A DNA stretch of 64,000 nucleotides from Octopus vulgaris (GCA_951406725.2 OX597815.1:131502001-131566000); one strand, 5' to 3'; counted from the first letter of the stretch, positions 41,126 through 56,120 are shown. Notes: generated from the letters alone by a model not told the origin. A program made the numbers and translations.

Positions 41126-42030
41126 TAATAACGACGACGACGACGATAATGATGATGATGATGAAGGTGAGGAGGATGGCAACGACGACGACGTATATGA
41201 TGAGGATGATTTATTTATAATAACTCTGAAAAGAGAAACGCAATAACTATCAAATCGTTATAATATTCCACACATAAAAAACTGAGCACAGCAAACTCAC
41301 ATTAAACGTAACCATTCAATTAAAATAACGTTCCAATTCATTTACTTAATTTACATAATAAAATTGCTGGATATTTAAACGGTCTCCCTCCCACATATCT
41401 TTATAGAATCAAATGTTTCGTTGGGTAGTCGTTAAAATTACACCTCACCGGAATCATCCTACTCTCTCCATATACATATATCAATCACACTTACATGACA
41501 TCCCCTGTCCCTGTCATATTTAATTATATAAAATCACTTGAAAATGGAGTATTAAATTAACCAAACCAATTTAATTAATGTTTGGTAATTTTATATGTTA
41601 TTATATAATAACCAGACCAGAAACAATTAAACAGCACCAAAGGTGTTCAGATATATTTGTTTTTAAGTCAGGAGGAAAAAGCAACATTCATGAGCTCTTG
41701 AAGGGCCTCCAAGACTGGTGAGAAGACGGGTGGAAGACATCCTAAAATTAGAACCGTGACTTGAATGTTTGCAGCTGAATGGCCTCTGTTAAAGCCACCC
41801 TAGATTCCAGGTGGTAGTGTGAGATACGATGACGTGATTACATTTATCATTCAAGTAGGCCGTGACGAGATTTGAACCCAAAATACAATGAGTTGGAAGA
41901 AATACAAGAGAGCTGGTCCAATGTTTTCACACTTTCGCTAATCCATCAACCTTGGTTGATGTTTCTCCTCGAGCTTTTAACAATAAAAAGCAAAATAGAC
42001 ACATACGTGTCATATTTAACCTCTCTCTCT

Positions 42031-42074
<44 letters not shown>

Positions 42075-42225
42075 ATACACACACACACACGCACACACAC
42101 ACATATATATATATATGAATAAATTCCAGGCTAGCAAAAAAATTTTTCAAAATTTCTTTGCTACCAGTGCTTTAGCGAGAAGGAAAAAAACTAGTCAATA
42201 GACTATATTATTCATATATATATAT

Positions 42226-43122
42226 ACTAGCAGTATCGCCCGGCGTTGCTCGGGTTTGTAAGGGAAATAACTATAAAGCATTTTTAGAGAGTTATAGCCA
42301 AAAAATAGCAAAAAATGCATTAAAAATGGAAAAAAAATTATAGTAATTTTTTTTTAAATCGTTGACACATCGTAGACATTTTTAGAGAGTTACTTCCCTT
42401 ATATAATAGCAAACAAAAATGCATTAAAATGGAAAAAATGATGGTAAATTATTTTTTAAATCGTAGACTCATCGTAGAGGCGCGCTAATACCCAGAAGGG
42501 CTCGATATGAATCACGACTATAAGATACCTGGTTTTGGTTAAACTTCACCGCAAAATGTGGGAGTAGTTAGGAATCTAAATCGTAGGAGACAGACACACA
42601 ACTTCACTTTTATATATAAAGATTTGTGCAACAACTAAAACATTCGGTTGTGCAAATTGTTTGCACAGAAACCTGCCCTGTGTGGCGGTTTTTGTCGTTT
42701 TTGTGGATCTGTTTCAGCTTTTTTAGCGATTTCTGTTTTGGCGACTTCAAGCCATGGAGTCGTTGTCCTAAAAGAACGCTGGTCTCCTTGACAACGCATT
42801 ACGACGTTGATTTCCTTACACTCCCTTCCCCACAGCTTCACGAGGGAGGGAAGAAGGGGGAGAAGCAACACAGGTGCAGGTGTGAGCGTGGACGCCAACT
42901 CCGCCGCCATCGACACACAAAAAAATATGCATTAAAATGGAATAAAAAATGATGTTAAATTATTTTTAAAATCCTAGACTCATCGTAAACGCGCGCTAAT
43001 ACCTAGACGGGCTCGATATGAATCACGACTATAAGATACCCGAATTTGGTTAAACTGCACCGCAAAATGTGGGAGTAGTTATGAATCTAAATCGAAGGGG
43101 ACAGACACTCACACAACTACAG

Positions 43123-43125
<3 letters not shown>
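42226..43125 (+). mobile_element. Non-autonomous Helitron/Helentron-like element with internal duplications
   Basis: Starts tactagcagtatcgcccggcgttgctcggg and ends ...cacttttatatataaagat at about 42623; 42415-42600 is repeated at 42920-43110. Confidence 0.6.
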
Positions 43126-43216
<91 letters not shown>

Positions 43217-43620
43217 ATAGCTGTTTCAATTACGCACACTGAAGTTTTATTCAGAGAGGCAGTTTTCCGTAATTTCAGTGAATTGATTATATACTGTTTT
43301 CTATGTATCAGAAGGAGAAGATTTGTTCTAGTAGTCTGACTTGCAAGTGCACGTCTTTGAAACGGCTCAAGGAAATAAAAAAATTCAAGCTACTCCAGAC
43401 TGATGAAGAGCAATAGTTCTGAAACTTTAATGCCGTTTCACTTGCATAAACATAGATGAAAGATAAAATTAACCTCGCCAGGATTTGAAGTGTACAAAGT
43501 TTCGGGACAAATGGCACCACACATTCCAAACGTGCTATCCGCCGCTCTAAAAACTCTACTGATGGATCATTTAAACAATATACTAAACAAATCTAAATAA
43601 CAATTATCAATTAGGTAGTA

Positions 43621-43805
43621 GGAGGCGGCGTTCTGGCAACAAACCCAGCGGCATTTCATGTCTTTACATTTTGAGTTCAAATTCCGCCGTCGTCGACTTT
43701 GCCTTTCCTGATTTCGGCATCTATAAAGTATGTAACAGTTTAGCCTTGAGGTCGATGTAATCGACTTAGCCTCTCCTCGAAATTGCTGGCTTTGTGCCAA
43801 AATAG
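43621..43805 (+). mobile_element. SINE family A
   Basis: ggaggcggcgttctggca...gagttcaaattccgccgtcgtcgactttgcctttc. Confidence 0.8.
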
Positions 43806-44648
43806 GAAACTAACACATTATTTACATTTGATCGATATTTGTCCTTACCTTGTTTGTTGTTAACACAACGTTTCGGCTGACATACCCTCTTGGGGTTCTC
43901 ATTCCTAAGGTATTTTTCGATGTTATTATTATTAATATTATAAATATCATTATTCAGGTCTGGAATCGAACTCGGACTTTTGGGCTTAAATATAGAGCTG
44001 AAGAAAGCAATAATTAGATGGTAGTAATTAAAAATAACAGCTTAAAAAGTCCTTGAATTATCCAAAGGTATTCATCACCTATTTTCTGTTTTTGATTGTA
44101 CTATTTACATAAACATATTTGTTTACGATACGTCATAGCTTACTGTAAATCTATAGTGATGCTTTAGAGATAAATAACATCCTAACTAAATAAAATCAAC
44201 AGTTCTGCCGAACTCCTGCAACTCTGTTTTCGATTTAAAACAAATATAAACCACAAAAAATTGAAATTGTTTATATGTTTTCTAAAATTTTATAAAATCT
44301 AATTCAACTCAAATACTAATACCGTTTTATAAAAGAAAAATGCATTGAGAATTTATAAGGTACAATAACCAATATAAATACTGGGGATCCTGTTTCCTTT
44401 ACATCATGATCATGCAAGTCCTTCCCAATCACTTAATATTTTGCAATACGTTTCTATTTCTATACGGAAATCGCTATGATTTCATCCCACATTGATTAAT
44501 ATGAAAAGCTTGTGCTAAGAACGAAACTAATGACACTTTTCTAGTAACCAGTTGTATATAATACATTTAGCGAACGGTGCAACGATAACACGGAAAATTT
44601 AAATTTTCTGTGACGTTACACTTGCTATAAAATCAAGGTAAAGTGAAC

Positions 44649-44696
<48 letters not shown>

Positions 44697-44995
44697 TGTA
44701 TGTATATATATATATGGAAAAAGTCAAGATGGAAAATGATAAAATTTACTTATAAAAAACATTTCAGTACCGCACTCAGTCATTGAGACTTTTTCAACTG
44801 TAAGTATGGAAAACAATTAAATTTGGGAAACACTAAAAGAAAAGTTTTTTAAAAGAGTATTTGCATAGTGTTCAAATACAATTGCCATTATCCTTGTTTC
44901 TGCCTGTTTCTCTTTCTCGCTTACTCTTGTGGGTTCGAGGTCGTTGTAAATTCTTGGTAGGGAAGAAGAAGAAGAAGAAGAAGGAGAAGAAGAAG

Positions 44996-45027
<32 letters not shown>

Positions 45028-45201
45028 GAAGAAGAAGAAGAAGAAGAAGAAGTAGAAGAAGAAGAAGAAGAAGAAGAAGAAGAAGAAGGAGAAGCAAGAT
45101 AGCCACAGACTATCTTGTCTGTGCAAGATAGCCACAGACATAATAATCAAAGTCCCTACTCCTAATGACCTCGAATTGAGACCTATAACAGTAGGTCCCG
45201 C

Positions 45202-45708
45202 ATGCGAACTCACCGCCTCAGTAAAATTTTAGATACCCTCTTAAAACCATTCTTCAAGCATGTCAAAAGCTATACAAGGGACAACCTGGATATGCTCAAT
45301 CACCTTCCTAAAACAATAAACAAAAACACCCTACTAGTATTCTTCGATGTAGTCAACCTCTATTCCAATATCCCCCACAACCTAGGAATAGAGGCAATTC
45401 AGTTCTGGCTAGAGAATTACGCCAATGAACTCCCACATCGCATCAAAAAAGAATTCGTGATAGAAGGGCTAAAATTCATCCTGGAATATAACTACTTCGT
45501 CTTCAAAGACAACTTCTACCGGCACGAATCGGGGAATGCGATGGGTACAAGAATGGCCCCCTTCTTTGCTAACCTAGCCATGGGATATCTAGAAATTAGT
45601 CTTTATCGTAAGGTTCTAGAAAAATACTGCAGCCCATTCTCCCTCTACATAGAAAATAACTGGAAGAGATACCTGGATGACTGTTTCATTTTTGGCATGA
45701 TAACATAG
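45202..45708 (+). pseudogene. Penelope-type reverse transcriptase core (disrupted)
   Basis: LVFFDVVNLYSNIP, GNAMGTRMAPFFANLAMGYLE, WKRYLDDCF. Confidence 0.92.
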
Positions 45709-46101
45709 AGAAACTTAAAGAATTCCAAGCACTTTTAATGGACTTGACGTAATCATTCAATTCACACAAAAGATATGTACTATAGTTTCTAATGCAAACA
45801 TCAGCGACACATGACTACATGAACTAAAGGATACACTCATCACCAGGAACTACCCACCTTCACTAATTGACATATGCTTTCAACTTGCGCTTCAACTCAA
45901 CATCCAGGAACTCAGACATCCCAAATTAAAGAGGCACATCACACACAACCCTCTCAACAATGAAGCATTCGACACCATCCTTCAAAACATTCCCCTGCTA
46001 AAAACGGACCACAGAATGACCTTAATCCTCCAAACACAAACCATCATAAAAAGCAAAAGACGGCCCAAATCTATGCAAAGTCTACTAACACAAACCCGAA
46101 T

Positions 46102-46428
46102 ATGCTCAACAACAACACAGAAGCCGTCAGTAAAAAATGCGGAAGACGCAACTCTGGGATATGGGTCAATTTAATTGAGAGATCAGAGTTCTCCTTCAAA
46201 CAGGGACAACGTTTCACAGTGAAAAGCATCTTCACATGTGCTTCGGAGAATCTGATATTCGCATTAACCTGCTCTGGGTGTCAAGAGCAATACATAGGCC
46301 AAACAAACAACAGTCTACGTAAAAGAATGGCTCTGCACAGATCTCAGATCAAAATTACCCAAAACAGAAAAATAGCATTCAGCCAACACATAGACGTTTG
46401 TGCCAATAACAAAAATCCAAGCTTCTGA
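46102..46428 (+). pseudogene. Penelope GIY-YIG endonuclease (disrupted)
   Basis: FTCASENLIFALTCSGCQEQYIGQTNNSLRKRMALHRSQI. Confidence 0.9.
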
Positions 46429-46833
46429 ATTTTTCCCCTCTACCAATTCAGGGACGATACAACCTGTAGCCAACGAATTAGTAAAGAGACTCTGCTTATT
46501 AGAAAATACAGATCCCTTTTCAACGCGTCTACAACACACGACATATCCACCACGGCCTTAGAATAACACAAATACACACGCAAATATTAAAAATGATACA
46601 CTCAAGAGATTTCCAAGAATTCATTAAAAAACAGTCCTAGTCACTGCTATAATCCATAACGAGCCATATTTGGGTCACTTGTCCATTTAACACCTTACTA
46701 CTATCATACTACCTACATTACTTCTTGTTCTCTCTCCTCTTTCTTCTTCTTTTTCTTCTTCGTCTCCTCCTCCCCATTCTTTTTCTTTTTCTTCTCCTTC
46801 TTCCCTACCAAGAATTCACAACGACCTCGAAGC

Positions 46834-46880
<47 letters not shown>

Positions 46881-47071
46881 GGCAGAAACAAGGAAAATGC
46901 CAATTGTATTTGAACACTATTGAAATATTCTTTTCCAAAAATTTTCTATTAATTTTTCCAAAATTTAATTGTTTTCCATACTTACAGTTGAAAATGTCTC
47001 AATGACTGAGTGCGGTACTGAAATATTTTTATAAAATTATTTTAGCATTTTCCATCTTGTCTTTTTTCCAT

Positions 47072-47108
<37 letters not shown>

Positions 47109-47160
47109 CACATATATATCCATACTTATTCATACTTGTGCATGAAAGGTAAACACACGG

Positions 47161-47241
<81 letters not shown>

Positions 47242-47687
47242 CATGCATACACACACACACATATATATATATATAACTCTATGTATCATATATACTCATA
47301 AATATATATATTTAATGGATGAACATGAGTTCGTCCTTTAACAAAACTTGTTTAAATAGGCATGACTCCAAGAACGAACACATTATTACAATATGATTAT
47401 TAAGAAAAAATTTATGTACCTCTATCATTTTTTTAAAGTTTTTATCCCAGCTACCGACGAGTACAAATTTGACTATTCCGATTTTCTCTTATGAATATTT
47501 GAGTCTTTTTGTATGAAACAAATTGTATAGCAACATGAATAATAATAAAAAACTATAGTCTATGTTAACATTTAATGTCCTCCATTACATAAATATGAAT
47601 GAAATTGTTGAACTGTGTTTAATAAGTTAAATCTTTTACTGATTACTTCTATTTAAGTTTTCATACCTATAACTATTTATATATATG

Positions 47688-47920
47688 GAAGGCCAGTAGT
47701 CGCCCATGCACACTAGCCTCCCTTCTCCACATCACTGATCTTATTCAAGGGAAAGGCAAAAGCCGATACAGCTTGGCACCAGTAATGTCGCTACTCATAT
47801 CTACAGCTGAGTTAACTGGTGTAACGTGAAATAAAGTGTCTTGCTGAAGAACACAACACGCAGCCCGGATCGGGTATCAAACTCACAACCTCACGATCAC
47901 TAGCTCGACGCTCTAACCAC
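47688..47920 (-). mobile_element. tRNA-derived SINE
   Basis: Minus-strand head gtggttagagcgtcgagc...gagtttgatacccg, then a ttcagcaagacacttt body. Confidence 0.75.
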
Positions 47921-48254
47921 ATATATATATATATTATATATCGATATGTGCATGTGTAGAGTGAATACTGGTGGATTAGGAGAATGAAAACCTTTGTTTA
48001 TGGATTGAGAAAGTACTAAGAATAAATCGCTATCCTTCTTTACGAATGAAGTTGAACCGTGATGCGAATTATACCTTTTCCTTCCCTCCTTCCCCATCTC
48101 TCTCACACACATGATGAAACGACTGACCTGAAAATTAAGTCAGAGTTCGTGGTTTTGAAATTTCATGATTTAAACCATTGGCACAAATAAAAATAATTAT
48201 TTATTTACAGCTCTGTAAACCAGCATTTTAAATATTTTAAGTAGTTCAAATATG

Positions 48255-48645
48255 TATTCTTTTGTTCTTTTGCTTGTTTCAGTCACTTTGATTGCGGCCA
48301 TGCTGGAGCACAGCCTTTAGTCGAGCAAATCGTATCCAGGACTTATTCTTTGTAAGCGTAGTACTTATTCTATGGGCCTCTTTTGCCGAACCGTTAAGTT
48401 ACGGGGATGTAAACGCACCAGCGTCAGTTGTCAACTGATATTGTGTGTATGGGGGGGGGGGGAGACAAACACACGCACATGCATATATACGACGGGCTTC
48501 TTTACGTTTCCGTCTACCAAATCCACTCACAAGACTTTGGTCTGCCCGAGACTATAGTAGAAGACATTTGCTCAAGGTGCCACGAAGTGGAACTGAACCC
48601 GGTTGGTAAGTAAGCTACTTAACATACAGCTACTTACCTGCGCCT
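48255..48645 (-). mobile_element. SINE family B
   Basis: Colinear with 16704-17115. Confidence 0.85.
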
Positions 48646-51600
48646 AGAATATACTAGCTAAAATTCTCGAAGATGAATATCGGGCTAACACACAAATGCT
48701 GTTTCAGGTTCATGTACGGCGCACATAGAAAATTATGACGTTCATGTACAAACGGCAGAATCAATTGTAATTAAAGCTCACAAGCTTTAACTGAGAAATG
48801 ATCTGCATTAATCTCGCTTGAAGCTTGAATTTATCTGAATAACGAAGAAGAAAAACGAAATCAATATCATTTGACGAATCTAAAAAGTATACTTATTTTA
48901 GAGATAAGAAAGTGGGCATTTGGTATATTATTGATTATTTTTCAGAGGGATTTGAAATGCATCCTTTGTGTAAATAATGTGAATTTATTGTGCAGATAAA
49001 TTAGTAAGGATTTTAGTAAGGATTTTGTAGGCCCTTTCCCAAGTGAGTTAGTTGTATTCCACTGTGGAAAATCAAAAGGAAATGGAATAAAATGTCTTGT
49101 GCTCTTTTGAGTTCTGATCCTGGCCACGTTGACTGTGTGTTTCTTATTCAACGATATTAACAAAATACAGATTATGATACATATCATATGTATGAAATGG
49201 AATGAACAACAGCAGAGAAATCAAAGTGACTTTCAGTATTTAGTCCCCACTCCCACCCCGCCCTCTGCGTTTTCAGTTTCCATGGTAATATATTACCATG
49301 CACGATATTGTAGTTTATTCCTTTAAACTAGTACTTGAAATATTTTTATGATAAAAAACGAATTTTCATATATTCATGCAAGCCATAATTTATATTTCAT
49401 TCCCCAGGTACAGAAGAAATAATTATCGGTAATAAGTGGTGATGCAAATTAATGGACTATACACGCAGGCAGAGACATTTGGAATTGCTGCTATTTAAAA
49501 AAATCAATATCGACATAGCCGCCGAACATTTGTAGTCATTCAAGAGTCAGGTAGAATGCCTCGTTGAAAATGTTCTAAAGCTCGACGCTCCGAGTTAAAA
49601 TACGGCTGAGGTCATCTCATATTTCATCAATGAGAATTAGATAAAAGTTACAAATCCATCTATAGAGGTCACAGTTTGACGGAATTCTAGAAAATGTTGG
49701 ACCAGAGGCCTGACAGTATCTGTTCCAGTTCTTAGTATTCAGAATTCAAATTGCATGCTGGCCTACTTAGATGTTAAACGACATCAGTCGGTTTGTTTAA
49801 CATCTCCTGGTACCTTGGGTGACTTTAACGAAGACACCTCTGTTTCAAGTATTCGAACCAGTTCTCCATTTTGAGGGCATCTTTCTACCTCCCATCTTTC
49901 TTCCTTCCATCTATCTCCCGTCCATCTTTTTCTATTCAATCTATCTTGACGCCTTATAAATGAACATAATGTACTGCTTTCATTCCTGAATTAATGGCTA
50001 AAAAAAGAGCTACGATTCCGTTGGTCGTTTTTATGCTTCTTTTTCTTGAACCGCATTGTCAAAAACAGAATAAATTGTAATAAGGTGTATTTGAACGTTT
50101 TTATTCCACTCTAATGGCGTGATGAATAGAGGGAATACAATAAAAGAAACATAGGTTCCAGAGAAAAGGCTAAAATATTTTGGGATATTTTATAGATTAC
50201 ATTATTTAACTGAGATAAATTCAACAATCATCTAGTGTGAAAATAATACCAAAAATCTTATTATCTAAACATACTTCATCTGAAGCCATTCTTGTAACAA
50301 CAAAAAATTATTTCAATAAAAGATTCTTAAATGATTTTTTTCTATGTAATAAAAGCCAGAGACACAATATTGACATAACTATTCACAATTTCCATTAATA
50401 CGATGTTTTGCGTAACAAAACATCAGCCTAAATGTAATTTATACATCTATAGTGTTTGGAGAAAAACGCTGAAGGTGTATCAAACTACAAGCCAACTAGA
50501 TTATGCTTCGCAATCATTTCAGCCATGGGCAGTATCTGTGTGAAACAGTTTAATTACATTATGTCTAGTTGTTAAGCGTCACTGCAAGAAACGTGAGTTG
50601 TCATCTTGCTGGTTTGGCTCTCTAAATATTTTACTTTTCTTACTATCATGCTACATTCCTCCTACCTACTTTCAAATAAACCGAGAGTCGATAGTTGTCC
50701 GGCTTAAATAAAGCTGATATCAGTTTGCAATGGTTACTGTAAGGTAGATATATCTTAAAAGATGTAACATTGGACAATGAGATATGGTAAGTCCTACACC
50801 TTAGGCCCTGGTTTTTACAAGTTACTGAAATTAAGAAAAAGTGTGCATATCTAATCATTGTGGAATGATTAAATCCTTGGTGAAACCTGAGAGGTAGGAT
50901 CGTGTAAGAGTGATAAGAAGATAAACCATAAGTGGGATGAGTGCCAACCAAAAAGTGCTTGGGTGGCGTAAATGAAGCTACTTCGGAGGAACAGATGTTG
51001 GTAGAAATAAAAGAACCAACGAGAAAAATGTGGCTGGTTTGTTGTTAATAAATTTAGTGTGTTGGTGACTGAACTCTTGCTCAGCAGTGCAATATTCTTC
51101 ACCTGGCTTCTTTCAACGATATTTGTTTGAGGAGTTGAAACACCGTACTTTAAATGTAGGTAGTACTTCTGTGTACTTAACAATTAAAATGTCAGTGAGT
51201 GATCGGAGCAGAAATGAATGTTAGCTTATCTATGAATATTAACTGTAGAGATAATTCATAGTCCCTTGGTTATAGTTTTAGTATTATATATGTGAGGGTG
51301 CCATGAAAATTACACTGCAATTTCTGAGATTTTAGCTAGTGTCAGGATTTTGAAGGTTTTAGACGTGAGTTATTTAATTAATATTTCCCTTGATATTCGC
51401 AGAGATCTAGTCTTTCACCGAAAGCCAAAAACGTTTGCCATGCCTCCATTGAAGATTGCCGTTAATATGTCATTTCATAGAAATAGGATACAGTTAGATA
51501 GAGTAGGAAATAATTTTAGACTGTGCGTAGATGAATCATACGTATGAAAAGTTAAGTTTGAATCGAACGTAATATCATTTGCGTAAAACTCTGTCGTTGC

Positions 51601-51862
51601 TAGTGACAAATTCAAGAGTGTATGAGATATTACTGAACCCAGTGTACACCACACTTAATTTAATGTCGATTTGATTTAAACATAGTCAGCACAGGCTGAT
51701 TTCATTCAATCCGTCATTGACGAATTAACCCAAGAAAGGAGAGATAGATGTAGGTTTTAGCCGGGCACTCTTCCTACGATCGAGCAGACAAATGCTTTAG
51801 TATTAAAATTTATATATACATTTAGATTTTATATAAGATTTTATATATACATATATACATAC

Positions 51863-51906
<44 letters not shown>

Positions 51907-52507
51907 GTGTGTGTGTGAGAGAGAGAGTGTGTGCGTATGAATAATTAGACGCTAATCTAGCAATGTTATCCGTGATAGAACGTTGTCGTGTTAAGGGTAA
52001 AAAAATTTCTTCTATCATTCCTACATCATTAACGGTATTTGAGAACCGCCTTCTGTGAGCTTATACATGATCATTTGATCTGCTATATATAGTAGTCAAA
52101 TACTATCAAATCGTAATTTACTATGTTATATATAAAAAAAGACTACATTATTAGTTCCATAAGCCATGCTAGATTCAATTTCGGTATCATTCTATATCTA
52201 CATTAATTTACAGTAAACTAAAAAAGATCACTTTAAACATCGAATGTTCTAGACACTGCCAGCACTCAGGCAATCATAGCTGGAATACACTGTGATCGTA
52301 GGTTTGCCTGATCGGGGTTTACCTGCGGATAAATTACAACAGCAGGCCCCCTTTTCAAATACATCAAATTTCATATTTAGCGTCACAATAAAATTGAACG
52401 TTCGAAAGCAGATATAAAGTCTAGAAATGATGAAATAGAAGCCACCAGGGTTATCGATGTCATCTATTCATTCGATGATGATAAACATAAAAAAACACTA
52501 TATAAGT

Positions 52508-52716
52508 ATATTCTTTTCACTCTAGGCACAAGGCCCGAAATTTTTACTGAGGGAGCCAGTCGATTACATCGACCCCAGTACGCAACTGGTACTTAATTTA
52601 TCGAACACGAAAGGATGAAAGGCAAAGTCGACCTCGGCTGAATTTTAACTCCGAACGTAAAGAAAGAGCAAATACCGCATTTCGCCCGGCATGGTAACGT
52701 TTCTTGCCAGTTCGCC
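52508..52716 (-). mobile_element. SINE family A
   Basis: Minus strand tggcgaactggcaagaaacgttacc...gccgaggtcgactttgcctttcatcctttcg. Confidence 0.88.
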
Positions 52717-52837
52717 ACGCATTACTATATCAATATATTGCCCTGTAAATGGTGGAGTTCTACATGATAAAGCAATTTTTGCATTTTCTACCCTGTCTTA
52801 TTTTCTTATACATATCAACTCGTGTGTTACTTTTCAG

Positions 52838-52951
<114 letters not shown>

Positions 52952-53542
52952 TTGCATCAACATAGGTAAACAAACCTTTTTTTTTCTTTTGTGGAAGCGC
53001 CGAATGTATATGGTAAAGTAACAGACACGAAAATAATATATTTCGAAAGCAGTATACCCGTGAACACAGTAGAACGATAGGCTATTTTACCTTTATACGA
53101 ATGGAAAAGTTGTCAGCAGATTAGAGCATTCGTTCCTCACTCAACCATCAAGTTTATGTAATGATATTCATGTTTCACAATAGACAGCTCAAGTAAATTA
53201 TGGAACACAACTCTCACTGCATAAGTCTGATGATTGCATAACTTATGAAAGTACTAGTTTGTTGCAATATTGTAAAATTGTAAAAATTGTAAATAAGAGA
53301 ACGTGAGAACCAAACTAATTTGCAATACAATCTCTATCTCTCTTTCTCTCTCTCTCTCTCTTTTATCTATCTATTTATGTATCTATCTACCTATCTATCT
53401 ATATATATATATATATATACATGCATACTTACGTACGTACATATATATTACCACTCTATGAGTCATCAAACATTCTGTTCTGGATACTATTTAAATTGAG
53501 TTCCACACCAGGTTATAAGTCACACTATGTCTAGACGAAATA

Positions 53543-53598
<56 letters not shown>

Positions 53599-53726
53599 AA
53601 CACACACACACACACATACACATACATATATATATCCAACCCGATGCTACTAAATGGCAGAAGTACTGCTGAATTAATTATACTCGCTCTTGAGTGATCC
53701 CACTAATATCGACGTATTGGTTATTT

Positions 53727-53758
<32 letters not shown>

Positions 53759-53769
53759 CGTATAAACCT

Positions 53770-54170
53770 ACCTACAACCATCCATCTCTTCTAAGCTTTA
53801 TTCCTGGGAGTAGAGTCATCAGGCACCTCCTCCATAAGCAGTCAGCTTTAAACTTTGATTTCTGATCGTATCCAACAGAGGCCATGGATATTATCTACCT
53901 CTAGTTCTGCTGGTTGAAGGGAACGTCTTGTGGTTCCTTCCTGAGACATTATAATCACATGTCTGTAGTGTTAGATATCTATTCTCTCAAAATGGAAAAA
54001 TCGCGACTCGACCAGGGGAAGTACCCTGATCTCAGATCTGCGTACACTATCGAGTAACGTCACTCCAGAGATCCCTCCGAGAAGTCCAATTTTGACCTCT
54101 TGTATTCGCTATGTTAATATTTCGGTCATTACCCAACATTTTTGACCACAGGTGAGGATAAGCAGGAAGC
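53770..54170 (-). mobile_element. Degenerate RTE-clade LINE 3' fragment
   Basis: ILTCGQKCWVMTE..RIQEVKIGLLGGISGVTLLDSVRRS resembles the RTE pattern LTYG.E.W...RIQ..EM.FLR...GVT..D.VR. Confidence 0.7.
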
Positions 54171-54585
54171 CCAAATTGAATATAACGTGTCTGGCTTGTT
54201 TAACACACATATACACGCGAACACATACGTGATACATACATACGTACGTACGTACAAAAATACATACAGTCAAAAGGTCAGAGCGAGAGTTGCTCAATAT
54301 AGATGATACGCGCCAGTGCTCAAATAATTTGAACATAAACTACGAGATCCTCATTGAAGATTAGGCCCACGGGATAACACGTGGCTATAAGAGAAATCTG
54401 ATATGGAGAACCACATATACAGGATCAGATTTGATATATATAATTATGCATATAGATATATACACATATAGATGCACATAGATATATATACAGATGTGTA
54501 TAGCTAAAAATTACTGAATATATACATGAGATAAGCACATATGTACAAGCCTACTGTATTTAGAGTTATACGCAAATATATTTAC

Positions 54586-54616
<31 letters not shown>

Positions 54617-54884
54617 TGTATGTATGTATGTATGTATGTATGTATGTATGTATGTATGTATGTATGTATGCATGTATGTGTGATATACTAAATTCATACA
54701 TAGTGAGCAGACAAAATAAGTCCAAAAGAATAGGAAAAAAGAGCAAAGACAATATTTTATATAGGTAACTATAGATAAAGGAAAAGAAAATTATAAACTG
54801 ACAATCTCCAAATTATCATTCTTTAATCCAAATACCATGCGGTTTTCTCACTGTCATTACACCAAATCTATACATAATACATAC

Positions 54885-54968
<84 letters not shown>

Positions 54969-55699
54969 ATAGATAGATAGATAGATAGATAGATATATGT
55001 ATTAATATATATATATATATATATGTACATATTTATATGTATAAACATGCACACACACACACACATATATGTATGAGTATGTGCTTGTGTATGTATATAT
55101 TATATAGCTATGTACATATATATATATGTACGATCAAAGTATCAAGATATATATGTACAGACGTGCGCATACACAAGCATGTATATAAGTATGTAATTAC
55201 ATTTCATCGCTATCTCAAGATGTACGATTTTCTGCGCGAAATATATATAATTGATTGAAAAGTTCTTGACCCTTGAGAGTTGGTTATGGAATGAAATATT
55301 GTAAATATAGAATGAAATATTGCAGTCCTCCAATTGATGTTATTTGGAAAAAAAATGATATTTTCTCTCCAAGATATATGATATTGTTGTTTTGTTGTTT
55401 TTTCTTTTTTACTGAAAAAGCAGTCCTATGTATTAAAAAAAAACCCAGTTACTATGGATTCGCTTTTGTTATCTATTTTGAGACGACCTGCTCTCTTATT
55501 CATTTAGGAATTTGATTACGCATAACGAAAAGACAAAAGTTATCAACGCTTATATAAGAAGCTGCATGCATATATAAGATAGAAACAGCCACCTGATTAC
55601 GTATCCAAGTTCTTAATAATTGTCTTTTTGCAGTAATCATTTCGTAACCAACACCGAAGATACGACATTTTGTAAAATAGTTATTATATTCATCGGTTT

Positions 55700-56120
55700 G
55701 AGTGGTAAGAAGTTTGCTTCCCAACCACTGCATGGCCCTTTCTACATGTGTGTTCAACTATAGCTTCGGGTCGACTAAAGTCTTGCAAGTGGATATGCTT
55801 GACGGAAACTGAAAGAAGCCTGCCGTATACATATATATATATATATGCATTTATATATATTTATCTATCTATATATTTATATGTATATTATATATACGTG
55901 TGTATGTGTGTGTATGTGTATGTATATGTGTGTATGTGTGTGTTTATCCCCGCCTCACGCTTGACAACCAATTTTGGTTTGTTCATGTCCTCGTAGCTTA
56001 ACAGTTCGGCAAAAAGAGACAGATAGGCTTTAAAAAATACTAGGGTTGATTCGTTTGATTAAGATAATTCAAGGCGGTGCCCCAGCATGGCTGCAGTATA
56101 ATAATTGGCACAAGCGAAAG
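55700..56120 (+). mobile_element. SINE family B (degenerate)
   Basis: gtggtaagaagtttgcttcccaacc...gacggaaactgaaagaagcc...ggcggtgccccagcatggctgcag. Confidence 0.8.

Larger units (their letters stand above)
44716..47070 (+). mobile_element. 5'-truncated Penelope-like element with inverted pseudo-LTRs, in TA-rich microsatellite
   Basis: About 44716-45100 is the reverse complement of about 46730-47070; RT and GIY-YIG remnants lie between. Confidence 0.92.

Noticed and set aside
43860-43892. Additional hammerhead (minus strand cagccGAAACGTTgtgt)
   Set aside because: The CUGANGA half is absent, so it is at most a deleted remnant
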